A DNA stretch of 60,617 nt, filler included, from Sphacelaria rigidula (GCA_964200075.2; 9 parts of 9 records of this genome joined end to end with filler, not necessarily neighbours in it), one strand, 5' to 3'. Numbered from the whole stretch's first letter, positions 12,360 to 26,359 are shown. Notes: a model not told the origin generated them from the sequence alone. A program made the numbers and translations.

Positions 12360-12748
12360 GTCTGGTCGATGTATGCAAGAGCTGAAATGTGACTTGCAAG
12401 GGTAAAGTCGCGGAGAGCAACAAGTAACACCGCTGTAGAATCCAAGAAAGTATTTATGGCCTTCAAAATCAAGGAGCAGAGAAAAAACGAGCGAGCCTTT
12501 CTTCCGAGCAATCGTGAAAGCTCGAATTGTTCAACGTGCCGTCTTGTTTTCTTGCTGGAAGGTACGTTCCATGGGCGGTGCCGCCAGGAGCCCGCCAGAA
12601 ACTGCCTCAAGAAGGACGCGAAAAAGGCGCACAAGTCGCGCATATTTCACCAAAAAAAGCATAAATGGGCGCATAATGCTTACTTTTGAACACGAAAAAA
12701 ACTGGGAGAACGCGCGCGCAAAACAAAACGCATAAAAAGCACAAGCCT
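12360..12748 (+). pseudogene. Degenerate hAT transposase C-terminal dimerisation remnant and possible element end
   Basis: Frame reads VWSMYARAEM*LARVKSRRATSNTAVESKKVFMAFK..KNERAFL..LVFL, resembling WW..Y....LA..A......S...ER.FS......R..L....LVF. It has an in-frame stop. Confidence 0.4.
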
Positions 12749-13499
12749 AGGACGAGGTGACTAATGATATGAAGAAAACAGAAGACAGAGGAAGCGGAGA
12801 GGATATCAGAAAAATAAAAAACAAAGAACAGAAGGGGGGAAACCCCAGATCATTAACATGGTACATGGTATGATGTGATACCAACGACCATGATATGACT
12901 CGCGGCATTGGGCAGGTGCGTTCGGGGCGAGCAAAATCGAACAGCAAAAGCGGCAGGGGCGGACGGGGGGGCGTAGTGTTAGTGTGGACTCGTCTGATGA
13001 TCATGTGCAGCATGTGCTGCTTTCAAACATACTGTAGCGAAAAGAGGCACCCAGGGATAGGAGACACCGGTGTAACAGTGTAGTGGAGGGAAAGCATAAA
13101 TAGTAATGATGAACGATGAGCAAGAGTAGGTGGGGGAGGAGGAAAAAACCGGAAAATATAACATGGCCTAACGATTCAAATATCTCAACAACGAATTAAA
13201 TAAGGGTCGTTGTGCAAAAACAAATCAAGTGACTGCTGCCGAGATAGCCCCCCCCCCCAAACCGGCCAAAAACGTGCACGGGGGCGATGATCATAACTGC
13301 CGTTGAAGCTGGTTTCGTGCTGCATGACGCGACCGATTTGGGCGTTATAGCTGATTTCGGACTGCTACACGCGCCTCATGTGTGCGAAGTTGCTNNNNNN
13401 NNNNNNNNNNNNNNNNNNNNNNNNNNNNNNNNNNNNNNTTAATTAATTAANNNNNNNNNNNNNNNNNNNNNNNNNNNNNNNNNNNNNNNNNNNNCTCTG

Positions 13500-13640
13500 T
13501 TTATGTCGTTCTGTTCGTTTTTTTTTTTCTTCAGCGAGTGTTTTCAGTTTTGTTTTTGTTGGGTACGTCTATCTTGTGGATGATGACCACGGCTGAACCC
13601 CTGGGGGTCAGTTAAAGTGCGACAATCAGATCAAATCAAA
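13500..13640 (+). mobile_element. Non-LTR retroelement 3' UTR fragment
   Basis: T-rich tract then gaccacggctg...gtcagttaaagtgcgacaatcagatcaaatc. A related body occurs at ~2560-2680 and the same tail at ~5630-5675. Confidence 0.6.
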
Positions 13641-13799
13641 CCAAACGACCCCAACAAGCAACAACCGGAGAGAGACCCACGCCGAACTCTAGACTTCCCT
13701 CAAGCATCGCTTCATCAACGAACCCACAGAAAAGCAGTGTAACAGTACACACAGGAGCATGCGACGGCGTGGGATCCAAAGTCGTGCAGATCGCACCAG

Positions 13800-14245
13800 G
13801 TAGGTACTCAGTACAAAGGACAGCAAAAGACACTCTCAAGTACTCATTACCCAGTCAGTCAAAGGTGCTTCGGATCAAACATGATACTACAAGTCTTCTG
13901 GATTTGTCATTCTGAGCAATCAGTACCCCAAAAACAGCTACAACACGTGTCGACTGCCGAAAGCACCAAGTACTCAGGGTACCTAGAGGATCTAATGCCA
14001 AAAACACGGCAAATACTGGGTATTTCACAGTACTCGGAGTGTCGCATGCAGAAAGTATTTCAGGGTACCTAGAGTATCCTCTGGCGAAAATACCGAGCAT
14101 TCCACAGTACCCAGAGTATCGTCTGCCGAAAAATACTGATTTATCCTCGAGTACCTGCAGCACCGCCTACCGAAAGTTCTGAGTGTTCTTGAGTGTTTCA
14201 GAATACCTGGACTATCGACACCTCAAGTTGCTCATACTCGTACCC
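13800..14245. repeat. Degenerate minisatellite (cagtac/gagtatc/gccgaaa motifs)
   Basis: Repeated cagtacccagagtatcg..ctgccgaaa units. Confidence 0.7.
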
Positions 14246-14915
14246 TATCCTATAACTTTTCTTGATATCTACGAGGCGAACGCGTACAACAAAAAACAAA
14301 TGTTTGACACTGTACCGATATTACAAGTCAAAGTCAAAGCCAACGCCGGGGCCGCGTTCTAGTTACGAGTTGGCTCTTGACGAATGACCACCGATCGAAC
14401 TACGAGCTGGGCCAGCCGACAATGGGTAGTTTTCTCGCTCAGGCGACGCACGGCACGATATTAGGAGTTGGGAGCTGAAATTTTGACAGCAGCTCTTCAT
14501 GTATGAAATGCAGAATATCACGTCAGCGGCAAATAAATAAATAAATAAATAAAGGAGTCATGGGCATTTGGAATTTCAGCAAAAACAAGATAATGTCATA
14601 AGTCCACGAAAAAAACGATAATCTCTGCAGCTGCTGTCGTGAAGTATCGTTCCCTTGGGTGCAGAAGGTCTTCCTGAAATTTCAGCTCAAGAGTCATCGA
14701 ATTGGGCCTTGCGTGCAACATTTTCCGTGACGCTGCTGCACCCCACTAATACCCAGTGCGGGGTGATTGCTGACGTGAACCCACCGCATGAAAAAAAAAA
14801 CACTCCGACACGCTATCGCCCAACGATATGAGGCGCACCCCGTACTCTATGCAGTACAATAACGTCATCGGCAATACGACGCCAATCGAACGGCGACGCA
14901 GTCTTTTGTCATTAG

Positions 14916-14981
14916 GTGGATCTGCAGTTCACAGTGATATGCTCACATCGGAATCAGTGGGGGAACTGGGGAAGCTGTGGT
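14916..14981 (+). CDS. 66-nt exon paralogous to exon 141-76
   Basis: ttag|GTG...GGT|gtgag gives VDLQFTVICSHRNQWGNWGSCG, versus AGLHFTVICSHRVHSGNWESCR. Same length and phase. Confidence 0.6.
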
Positions 14982-16409
14982 GTGAGCAACTTTGAGCCGC
15001 GTTTAAGCTGGCCCAGCTCGTAGGGTCATACCATGTCGCTTTGTACACGAATATTATCGTATACCAACAGAAAAAAAACTTCCCGAAAGTATGTCTTCTA
15101 CTCTTGCTTTGTGGGTACACTATTGCGAAATATTAATCCGAAAATTGACACACGTATGTGCCTTGTATATGCTTGAGATCTCACGTTTGGCTCATTTTCG
15201 CTTCTTCACTATTTAAGCAAGACATATTCCAACGAAGGCATACCGACAACGCTCGGGCAAGGGGGGTACAAAGTGTTTCGTGGGCAAAGCGTGCGTGGCC
15301 AGACCTCAAATCGGCGCCGACTTAAACGAAAACGCGTTTTGCGCACACGGGGAGCACAGCCCCCGATAAAGATCCGGATTTCGGTGTCCAAACTAAAACC
15401 GAGTCGGAAAGTTCCACACCCCCCAAGTTGTAAACTCTACTGATTTTACGGGCTGCCATTTGGTATTTCACGTGCATTCGCAACACAAATATATACTATT
15501 CTTATTCATTATGTTTGTCCGCATTCCGCGTCTCTGGACGCAGGTGCAACAATTACGGGGCCTGAGAGCGCACCATTCCTCCGAAGTCCGACGCACCAGC
15601 GGTCAGTATTTGAATCTTTCGTTTCTCTGTGACGGTCAACCACTCCTGCTTTTTCTTGAAAATTTGCGTTTTCGCCGATTTATTCATTCAGAATTTCACA
15701 ATTTTTCGCGACTTCGCCACCACTGACTACTCTACCCCTCTGTCGGAAATTCACTTTTTCGGCCACTTCGACCACTGACAATTCTACCTCTCTCGGATTA
15801 TCGTACTCCTTTCTCTTGCCACTTCGGCACCACCTCACGAGTGACTTCGCCAGCCGTTTGCGCGAATTTATCCTGGAACCAGTGACATTTCCAGTCGTTT
15901 GACCTCCTTTCGCGCCCAGTGACGCGACGCTCCCGGCTCTTTGACTACCGTTTCGCAAAATTTAATTCTTCCGTTTCTCTGTGATCACTACAGGTTTTTT
16001 CTTCCGTTCCCTTTCTACGGACTTGAAAATGATTTTCGTTTCGTCTTCAGTCCATCTCCAGTCTCCTTCCCGGCCGTCCGCACCTCTCTCGCTGTTGGCG
16101 ACACCTACCGATCTACTTCTTCACCACTACCCAACTTGCCTCCTTTCTGCAGCAGTTTGTTTTGTTGGAGCTCACCACGTGCCGCGTCTGGCGCGAAGGT
16201 GCCCCGTACACCCTAGGGTAGTGTAAACGTACTTGAATATCACCACTAGTAAATATGCCTTGACTGAGATCGCTCCGGCCGAGCGCTCAAACGCAGGCCT
16301 TGCTATCTTGAAAACGATGTCGATTTCACAAATTTATTTTTTGATCCCGTCAGCAAATGGAGACCTGCGGCGGTCCAAGGCTTTGGTTTGTTATAAGCCC
16401 CCTTCTTCA

Positions 16410-17000
16410 CAATATCCGCGTCTTTTATTGACTGACTTAACTGCACTTCAACACTAACCCAGCCTTATCCCGAAAAAGGCAGACCTCTAACACTCGGGCA
16501 GCGATGGTGCTCTATCGCTCCGTAGGCAGAGAGTGCTTCGTCCGACGGCGTAGATAGAAACCCTTCGACTCAGTTAAAGTGTTCATTCAGTAGTAGAATC
16601 GGCATCAGTTTCGGGCCCTTTTCGAGTAAAAATGATGCCGATTCCACAAGTGACCATCTCCGACGCTTTGATGAAAATGATGCCGATTTCACTAATCAAT
16701 TAATTGATGCCGACAACAAACGGACACCTCCGGCGGTGCAAGGCTTCACTATCAATATCTGCATTCTTTACAGACTGACCCAAATGCACTTCAACACTAA
16801 CCCCAGTCGTACCCCGAGAAAGGTAGACCTCGAACACTCGGGCAGCGAGGGTGTTTGTTCTATCGCTCCGTAGCCAGAGAGTGCTTTGTTCTCCGGCGTA
16901 AATACAAACCTTCGACCCAGTGGAGTTGTTCATTTATTATTTGTGGAATCGGCATCATTCTCAACAACTTTCGAGTAAAAATGATGCCGATTCCACACAT
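16410..17000. repeat. Direct duplication (~16410-16650 and ~16753-17000)
   Basis: gcacttcaacactaaccc...aacactcgggcagcga...ctatcgctccgtag...aaaatgatgccgattccaca is present twice. Confidence 0.85.
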
Positions 17001-17044
17001 GGACACCTGCGGCGCTAGAGGGATTTACCGGAAGACCGCGATTC

Positions 17045-17565
17045 GTTGAGTCGGCATTATTTTAACTCGAAAAAATAATGCATAATCCAGATGGGCTATC
17101 ATCACGGTGGGAGGGTTAACCCTTGGACCCCTAGGTTAGTCTTCTGTTGAATCGGCATCAATTTCAAGTGAAAAAAAGTATGCATGATCCAGAAATACTA
17201 ATCTCGCGGTCTAAGGGTTATGAAATTGATGCCGATTCAACAGAAGAGTAACCTAGCGGTCTAAGGGTTAACCCTTAGGCCGCGGTGAGTCGTAGTCCAT
17301 CTGGATATTGATGCCGATTCAGCAGGTGATCTATCCTCGCGGTCAAAGGGTTAACCCTTAGACCTCGACAGTAGTCCATTTGCATCAAACATACTTTTTT
17401 CAATTGAATATTGATGCCGATTCAGCAGGCGACCTACCCTCGCGGTGAAGTGGTTAACCTTAGACCGCGAACGTAGTCCATCTGGACTACACATACTTTT
17501 TTGAGGTGAAATTGATGCCGATTCAACAAATGATGTGCTCTCGCTGTCCAAGGGTCAACCCTCAG
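17045..17565. mobile_element. Chain of ~80-105-bp TTAA-CCCTT…AAGGG-TTAA MITEs (piggyBac-like)
   Basis: Junctions aagggTTAAccctt at ~17115, ~17268, ~17350 and ~17455 (degenerate). Each unit contains gatgccgattca. Partial solo copies occur at ~18105-18183 and ~31980-32085. Confidence 0.7.
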
Positions 17566-17810
17566 CGACCCCGCAAGTGGGCTGAGATGGACTATGCCAT
17601 ATCTGGGGTTCGGAACAGCTCGTTCCTCGTAACACAAAAAAGCATTTTCTCATAACCATGTGGATGCTGGGCATCTATGTAGAAAACAGTTCCGGGAAGC
17701 TCCTGACCCGTTTGACCGAGCAGTCAATAGCGTACAGAGTCAGTATGCGTGCGGTATGTCTCCGCTGGATACAACGGCAAGAAAGAGTCAGCGTGCCATT
17801 GCCTTCCACT

Positions 17811-18045
17811 GGGTCGTGGGTTCAAATCTCGAAGCGATCTCGATTTTGTTCTCACACAATGCCAAATAGTGGAGAGAGACGATGTCGTGGGTACACAAAA
17901 CTCGACTTGACGGTCGACGAGGGAAAGGGACTGCTGAACCCCTCTCGCGATAAACGATAAAAGGCAAGCACCGCAGAAGGAAGGTGGAGAACTATGACAA
18001 AGAAGAAAAACCTCCTGTGTTGTCCTTTCTCCTGTGTGACACACA
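17811..18045 (+). mobile_element. tRNA-derived SINE family B, 5'-truncated copy
   Basis: gggtcgtgggttcaaatctcg.agcgatct...cctgtgtgac matches 23995-24240. Confidence 0.7.
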
Positions 18046-21000
18046 CACACACACGTGTCGATGCTGGTGTAGTCCTTGATCCTTACATGGCGATAATAGA
18101 TCATCTGTTGAATCGGCATCAGTGTCACTTGAAAAAGTAAGCGTGATTCAGATGGCCTACCCTCCTCGCGGTCTAAGGGTTAATTTGTTTGGGACCTTTT
18201 ACCTCACAATCGTGTGTTAGCGGCTGGTAGCAATGCTTTCGTGAGATTGAGAGTAGGGCGTTGATTGGAGTAGGTGCTATCATTCGCTTCAAGTTTGCCA
18301 ATAATTATTCATTCCACGTTTACTTTTCTTTGCCTATATCACTGGCGTGAGCTTACAGCTACACGTCGATATCCTACGGAGGGATATCAAGGGTTTCGGA
18401 CCATCGCTGCTTCCTTTTTTTTTCCTTTCTGAGGTCGTTGCTTTTGTCTTTTTCTGCTTCTTCCCTTATTTTTTCTTTAATCATTCATTCTGTTTTTTCT
18501 TTGCCGCTCCTGACCACGGGCTGGATTTTTCCAATCAGCTAATCTAATGTGAGATACCGGTCCTCGATCAATCAACATTATTTTTTTATGGCAGTCATCA
18601 ATCTCATATTTTTTTCACATCGGGGGGAAAAAAATCGGGGAACGCATTTCATGGACCAAGTCGGGGGCCCGAAAATATCGGGGTGTTGCGATCTCAGAAC
18701 GATTTCTCCCGATTTGTTTTTAAACGATCGGGAGATCAGTCCGAGATCGTGACTCCCCCCGATTTTGAAGAGATGGCGTACGTGCATTGACGTACAATGG
18801 TAGGGCAGGAGACGTTTGATACTTTCGTAATCGCAGAAGAAGACAGTCTCAACAATGATTTCGTGAGATTGAGAGTAAAGGATACGAGTGAGAGTGAAAA
18901 GCGGCCAGTTAGTGAAGGAATCGTTTCAGTTCCGAAATGCCCCTCCACGAGGTCCAATCTGTTTACTGTGGTAGCTTGCCACTGAGACCTTTGATATCCC
19001 TGAGTAGGATATCGACATGCACACGCCAGTGATGGAGGCAAAGAGAAGCACACACTGAATGAGAGAATGTGTAAGTTCCAGCGGATAATCAAAGTCACTC
19101 TCGATAAGCGCTCTATTCTCAATCTCACGAAAACGGTGCTTCTCGTGGCAGCGCAGGGCGTGCCTGCCCGCATCAGCTGCCGAAGCAGCTTTGCACGGGG
19201 TTTGACAAACGGATAATGAGTGCTGACGCTGTACCCTAGGGCGATGGTACTATTTGATGCTGCGCTGCGCTGCCACATGTATCACTATTATAACAACGGG
19301 TCCTGTACTCTCCCCGTCTGTTGTCGCTGTACTTGAGGGGTGGTGTATGGCACTGCACTGCTGAACTCTTCTCGCGCACTTATCTGATTGTTTACTTTTC
19401 CCGCAATACCGACTGTGCCGCCATCATGCACTATACCACACGGCATGATTGTGCACTGTATTAAATGAAGTGTCATGCATTGTATTACCCTAGGGAACCA
19501 AGGTACGGCACTGTACTCGAAGGATTATTCACCGCCTGCCTGCTCTTCGGCTTCATGCACAAGTACGCAATATCACACTCGTGCAAAAAATGGCCGTCGG
19601 TGGACAGAACTTTGTCACAAATTTATGATACCGTCTGTACCATGAAACGGTCCCCTTCCCCGATTGTGAATTCGCGAATTTGCGATCCGATCTAAAAAAA
19701 ATCGAGATTCGTTGCCATAAAAGATGGTCTTACACGTTGTCTCATTGACGGGCAACAGTGATTTACACCCTTTTTCTTTATACTACTGTCGATGCTGCCA
19801 TATGCCTTCATAGGTAGTTCTTGATTCTGCAGGACCAGTGTCTTCTGCGTCGCTGAGATTCTTTATTTTCGGTCGAGTTTTGTCCATGTTCAAAGGTTGA
19901 AATGAGTTCATTTTGGGCAGATATCTGAGACGCGGAGGATGGGTGGAGAATGACGGTAATTCTGTGGTTCTGTACGATCAGTGTCTTCTGCCTCATTTCG
20001 ATTCTTGATTCTCGTTCAGGGTTTGCCGTTTTTTTAAGGTTGAATGCGTTCATTTCGCCTGGATTTCTCGGACGAGCAATGCTACGGTAGGGGTGCACTT
20101 TTTTCGCGAAATTTTGTCTGGTTCAGGGGCTCCTAACGATTNNNNNNNNNNNNNNNNNNNNNNNNNNNNNNNNNNNNNNNNNNNNTTAATTAATTAANNN
20201 NNNNNNNNNNNNNNNNNNNNNNNNNNNNNNNNNNNNNNNNNTTTCGGGCAATCAGGCAGAAGAAATCGTGAATTTGGTAATTTTGAGTCGTGATGATTTG
20301 TCCTAATCGTGAATAATTTCTTCTGTTCTGGTGATGAACGCCGAAAGATGACCAACCGTAACAACCGACCGGCGGTCTGACCGAAACAACCAACCACCAC
20401 ATTTACACCCACTACAGGACTCGTACAGTGTGTTATATCCCGGATTTGTTCGTTCGGTACAAGTATACCTCAAGTATACGGTCCGCGGCTCAACCGTAAC
20501 CCGGAACAACAAAATACTATCGTACTAATCGTATAGTAGTATTCGATCATGTTCACCACATACATACAACAAGTATACGCGTGTGTAAGATTTGATTCTT
20601 CGGCGCTAGGTGGGGTGGATCATGTATGCGGTGTCTGGTGGGTCTTATACTGCTGTACCTATATCTATATTCATCTCCTCGGCGATAAATATAATGAATG
20701 CCCATCCAAATAACAGCAGCTGACCAACCCTGGCGGGCAACGGGTTATTTAACCCCTTGACCGTCATGGTGGCGTGTTAGCTGCTGAATTGGCATCATTT
20801 CCCGTTGAAATTGACTCGAGGACGAAGATGAACTACCCCCGTGATATAACAGGTTATAATAACATGATGGGCAAACTTGTTTTGACAAGTAACGACGCCC
20901 AACATCATGAATAATGAAAGCACGCGATCAAGAAACTTTTGCCAATTTGCTTTCGAAGAACACGAGCTAACGACCATCCCCGCCCAAAGACATGATGAGA

Positions 21001-21341
21001 GAAAGAAAAAATTTCCAAGGGTCGGATCCCATCATTGGAAATATATCCGACAGGTACAACCCGGTATTTTCCTGCAACACTACTCTGGGCAATACAACCA
21101 CATTGCACCATAGGCAAAATAGACTTGGTTGTTTTTGACAGGATTGGACCCTGATATTGACATTTTCTCCCCAGAGTTTTTGGCTCTTCCTGGTCATAAG
21201 CACCTGACGCGCATACTACATCACATGGCGGTACCAGATATTCGGATCCTGCCGCGTCTGAAGGAGCACGGGACACCGGCAGTCTAGGTGCTTTAAATAG
21301 CTACATTACTCGTCACCACCAGCACCACCTGGCCCCACTAG

Positions 21342-22193
21342 CAAGAAAACAGCTTCGATCCTCCTCACTACTTGCGATCGTTGGAAACAACCAACAGCAA
21401 GTCTGCTGCCAACGGAGAGGGATCGGCATCACCATCATCATCAGGAGCAGGGTCACTCCCAATCAACGCACAACCTCTACAGCAGATACAGACGGCAATA
21501 ATATCTCCTGCAAATATCGCAGACGCGTTATCGAACAAACAACACAACAATATTACCATCACTGCTACCACGACACAGGATCGCGAGCAACAGCGACAAC
21601 AGCAGGGTTCATTGCCGGGGGTTGATTTGCAACAGCTCGGTGCGATTATGGGGTGGCCAGATGGCCTTGATTCATCCGCCTACAGTATGCACGCCGCGCA
21701 GACAGCAAGCGGTGCCGGCGTTGGCACGGCGCAGCAGCACCAACAACAGCAGACTCTTCGCACAACCAGCCCCTCCATTGACTCCGCCACTAGCACTGCT
21801 CCCACGACGAGCGCGACGCCGCCGAGTAGTTTTGATAACTACCCGATCTCTCGTACGCAACTCTTCCCCAACAGCAGCATCAGCAGCAAACGTGCTGCAA
21901 GCGGCGGCGGCGGCGGCGGCGGCGGCGATGGGGTGCAGTCTTCTGCAGGTGGTGGGGGGGGCGGGGTGTTCAGTGAACACTCTTCTGTGACGAACTCTTT
22001 TGGTTTAGCAAACGCAGGGGCAAGCAATAATAATAGCGGTGGAGTGTTCGACACCCACACATGGCCGGCACCGTATTGCGGCAACATTGGGGACTCGGGC
22101 ACGCCGCACAATAGCAACAACGCCGGCGTACCCCAGAGGTGGATCCAGCAGCACCGGAGTGGGCATCATCATGTTGCCATGCGCACTGGCCAG
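21342..22193 (+). CDS. Large low-complexity (Q/S/G/T-rich) exon of an unknown protein
   Basis: ctag|CAA...CAG|gtcagt, 852 nt open in one frame, with poly-Q and poly-G tracts. Confidence 0.65.
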
Positions 22194-23949
22194 GTCAGTG
22201 AGAGCGTGCTTTTTGCAACTAGTACAACACAGTTGCATGCTATTGTTCATTTTAACGAAAGAAAGAAGGTAAGGTACTCCCTTTCTCGGTGCGCATATTA
22301 GTGTGCGCTGGAGCAGAGCGATGTTGCTGTATTGTGCCTATTTAACTGCGCCGACGCTACTGCAGATGTTTGTCAATCCTGCACACTGTAGTACACAACA
22401 GTACAGAGTTTTTTGCCTGCAGCCGGCCCCACTGGCAAAGTGATTTGAGGGGTGACCTGCGATCGTGATGACATTTTGACAATTGGTGTGCACTCGTAAA
22501 ATATCTGATTGCTGAGGACTTTATGCATTGTGCCGCCGTTCGTGCCTCATGTTGCTATGGTCGTCTACATACACATGTGAGAGAATAAGGGGTGCGTATT
22601 TCTATCTACGGTCTGTTTCCTATAATGAATGCTAGTTGTTGCAGAGCAAGCCAGAAGGAATCCGTTGTGAGCTTTTCTTTGGTGGGGAGGTCTATTTCGT
22701 TCTTTGCCCAAGTGCAGGGTGAATGTCGTAGCGTGTCAAATAAAGTATCACGCATCGTCACATCGAATGGAACAATATCTGCACACAACAGTCAGAAGAG
22801 GTAGTGAGCGAAGACAGAAATCAACAATCAGATTTGCTTCCGATACGCTGATGATATCTCAAAGGATGCTTCATGTAATACACGAAAAGCAATTGGCAGG
22901 AAATGACCCATCCATCAGTTCCGGTATGACTACTACCACACAATACGCCGCGAACTTCTGGTGAGACAGGGAGAAACACGATGCAGCAAACTTCATTCAT
23001 ACCGCAGACATACAACAGTATGTATGTGTAACGTAAAGATACAAAAAGTTGAGTTCGCGGCGAAACTTTTCCACCTACAGTTATTATTATTTGCTTGTGT
23101 TCGTTATTTACAAGAAAAAAAGACGGCACCTAATCTGTAGGCCTTGCTGTACGGCGAGTGACTGGCCCTCTCGTGGTTGCACGTGGCCGCACAGAGACAA
23201 CTGTGGGGCATATATGTTTTACATACACTTGGGCGGATCTCGATTTGACATCATTCTCATCGGAGACCGGACCGGATTACACGTAGTGTGGTCAAAGCTC
23301 TGTTGGACAGTCCCTATCGCTAATTTTTCCACAGCAACGTAGCAAAATATATCTCGTCCATGGCGACATATCATCGGACGCAAGTACGATCGTCAACGCA
23401 CCCCCACCCACGAAAAGCCTTGCACTTGGCAGCAACACCGTCTCTTGTTTACAAAATATTATACCGGGTAATTCAACAAAATATTGAGTTCAGTCGAACA
23501 AACCAGATATTGGCCTCTGTTGTCCAAGAGTTTTTCGGGGGCCGTTTGGTTAGAGGTGGTGTCGCCCTCAGAGACCGACGGAGACCCTCAGGCTTAGCGA
23601 TTCGTTCATGATGTTGAAGAATGTCCAACGACCCAAAATCGAGTGTTTTTGGTCATCACAAAAGTCTTGCCAGTAGCACAACGAGCGTGGTCTTCGAGAA
23701 CCCCATCATAAGTATCCAACCGATCCGACCAGTATCAAGTGAAGCGTTTCGGTGCGTCGGCGACTGCATCGCGCGTGACGGTGGAGTTGGGTACTACAAT
23801 GAGGCTACTCTGGACTTAATTTTTTCAGACAAGCTGTGGATGTAAACGACGATGGATCATTCTTGAGTCCCTACGCGAGCCTGGTTACTCAAATTGATGG
23901 TGGAACACTACCTTGTTTCAGTATCGACCATCATATTCCGATTTTTACC

Positions 23950-24240
23950 CGGCGCTCAGTTGGTAACCTCGAAACCTTCAAACCTTCTGACGGATGGGTC
24001 GTGGGTTCAAATCTCGGAGCGATCTGGGATTTTTTCTCACACCATGTCCAACAGTGGAAAGTGGCCATTTTGTAGGTACACAAAAATGGACTTGGGACGG
24101 TCGCGAGGGAAAGAGCCTGCTGAACCCCTCTCGCGACGAACAAGAAAGGCAACAAGTACCGCAGAAGAAAGGTGTAGAACTAAAGCAGACGAAAAAAACA
24201 GAAAGAAAGCATCCTGTGCTGGCCTCCCTCCTGTGTGACC
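23950..24240 (+). mobile_element. tRNA-derived SINE family B
   Basis: A-box-like gcgctcagttggt and B-box ggttcaaatc, followed by a body shared with 17811-18045. Confidence 0.7.
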
Positions 24241-25299
24241 CCGGCTGGTGCGCCCACATATACCGAAAGGTTAGACCAGCGTCCAGAATAGATGGGATGG
24301 CAACACACAACACACACGGCTCACAGGTAGTCCCGAGGCGGAAAATTAGATGCCCACTCGGGTGTACACCCGAGGGTCATGTGCACTGTGGGAATAATGG
24401 CAAATGTCATCTTGGTCAACATGACCGCACGCTTGCGCTTGCTGCTTTGCTGTTGCCGGCTGCGATGCGTTGCGCTATGTCGTGCGTGCCTATCTGTTCG
24501 CTCTGTTCGCCCGTCCCTGTTTTTTTGTGGCAAGTACGCGCTTCTTTGGATGGTGCATGCTTCAAGTTGTGCCACAAGCATCCGCGCACAAAAAGTGTAC
24601 TACCATACATATTCACCAGTCTCGCGCAAAAAAAGAAATGAACAGAATTGAAGCTCTTTTCATCCCCTCGCGCACGGCTACAACGCCCAACCCCAGATCT
24701 AGATGCATGGGCTTGTTGATTGTGGGCTACATGACACGTTGCGAAAGTTTCAGCGCAGAGAAGCGACGACAGTGCGCGCACGACCGTGCTTCCTCCTGCC
24801 CTGAGCATCTCTACATACAGTCGATACGGGAATGACTTCTCTACAGAAGAAGTCATTATCCAGAGGGTGTGCCAGTACCAATGTATGTTCGTTTGTCCGC
24901 ACTGTACCCTCCCAGGAATTAATGATACGAAAGTGAGTGAACCACCATGGCCACATGTGCATTCACTCACGGTACACTGAATCTAGGCTACGATATAGCC
25001 GTTTTGAGGGCCTATCGACGTTCAATCGGTATCGGTATCGTCTTTGTTTAATTTGCTCGTTTGCCGAAAGGAGCTGAAACTTGGTGCACATCTGCCTGTC
25101 TTGTGTGCAACTAGTGCACCAAATGTTTTGGTGGTGCCTGTATCCACGGTCGAGAAATGCACAAGCAAAGTTTCAGTACAAAAGTGCAATGGTTTTTGTA
25201 TGCGGGCCAAGTGCGCGCAGTCACGAATACAGGGCAGGCATTCCGGTATACCAATCCTTTTTTTTTTCTCGCAAGACTGTCAGGCCGCTTCTCATACAG

Positions 25300-25446
25300 G
25301 CTGGTTCAGATTGAATACCCAAAATTTATTCCCCGGCTGATGACGAACGCAATACCCAGCCAACATGCACAAATGTGGTATCATACTGACCGCAATGAAC
25401 GGAAAAAAATGGTGACATGGCCAGATTTTTGTTCAAGGCTAAAGAG
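25300..25446 (+). CDS. Candidate exon with retrotransposon Gag-like motif
   Basis: tacag|G CTG...AG|gtggcg (weak donor). HAQMWY..(10)..TWPDFCSRLKR resembles the Retrotrans_gag pattern A..WY....TW..F...L. Confidence 0.35.
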
Positions 25447-26359
25447 GTGGCGCTATGAGCAGAAATATGTCTCGACCAATCAGCGCCCTTCAAGTTGTCC
25501 CGAATTGGAAAAACGATTCCAAGCCCAATTTCCACCGAATCTCCACACGGTTAAAGTCGCGCTAACCGTCATCAGCCTGGGAATCTGACGGGAGGAACAG
25601 AGTTGAAAACGAATCCAACGGGGTCGAATTTTGCCCCGAAACCGTAATGTTTCGGTGATGTGGAGCCTTTGCGTCGTCTAATTTCCACTCATGATACGTG
25701 CGAAAGATCCACGGAGCCTCGTGACGATTTCCCTTTTATCTGTTGCAAAAAAGCTCAGATCATCCTCAAACTTGGCAATTCCGTAGGTATTGATGCCCCA
25801 AAAAATGGGAAAATGGCATGCTTGGCAAGGTTTTAAAGTTTCTCCGTTCTCTACCGGCTTCCGGGGGTCCCAGCATAAAGACCCCCGGAAGCCGGTACAG
25901 AATGCCTCAACACCACACTTTTGACACCTTGGGGTTAGTGGTATCCCCAGGGAACATGTGTATCAATTCTCGTTGCTCGATTCGAAAAACTGAATCGGCT
26001 GGGTCTTTTACCGTAAAAACAACCCTCAAAAAGGGCGATTCGATACTTCAATCAAGTAAATAGGGGGGCACGCAGACTTCAGCGCACGTTTTGGCCTTTT
26101 CTCACGCCGTTTTCTCGAGTCAGACCACGAAAAATTGATCAAGTGTTCTGGAGGGCACTATCTTGAAGTCGACGACCCCCCCATTTTGTTTTTTCAATTT
26201 TTGTTGGTGGTTTCTCATCCAAGGTCGCGGCTGACCTACTTGACCGGGGGAGGGGTCAGATCCTGACTATCTCGACACACACACAAAAAAAGAACGGTCT
26301 TCGAGTTTTAGAAGTAAGTGTCCTCAAGAACATGTGTGCAAATTTTCGTGGTCCAAGGG

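Noticed and set aside
17110..17360. Telomeric repeats (TTAGGG/TAACCC)
   Set aside because: These are isolated motifs at MITE junctions, not tandem arrays.
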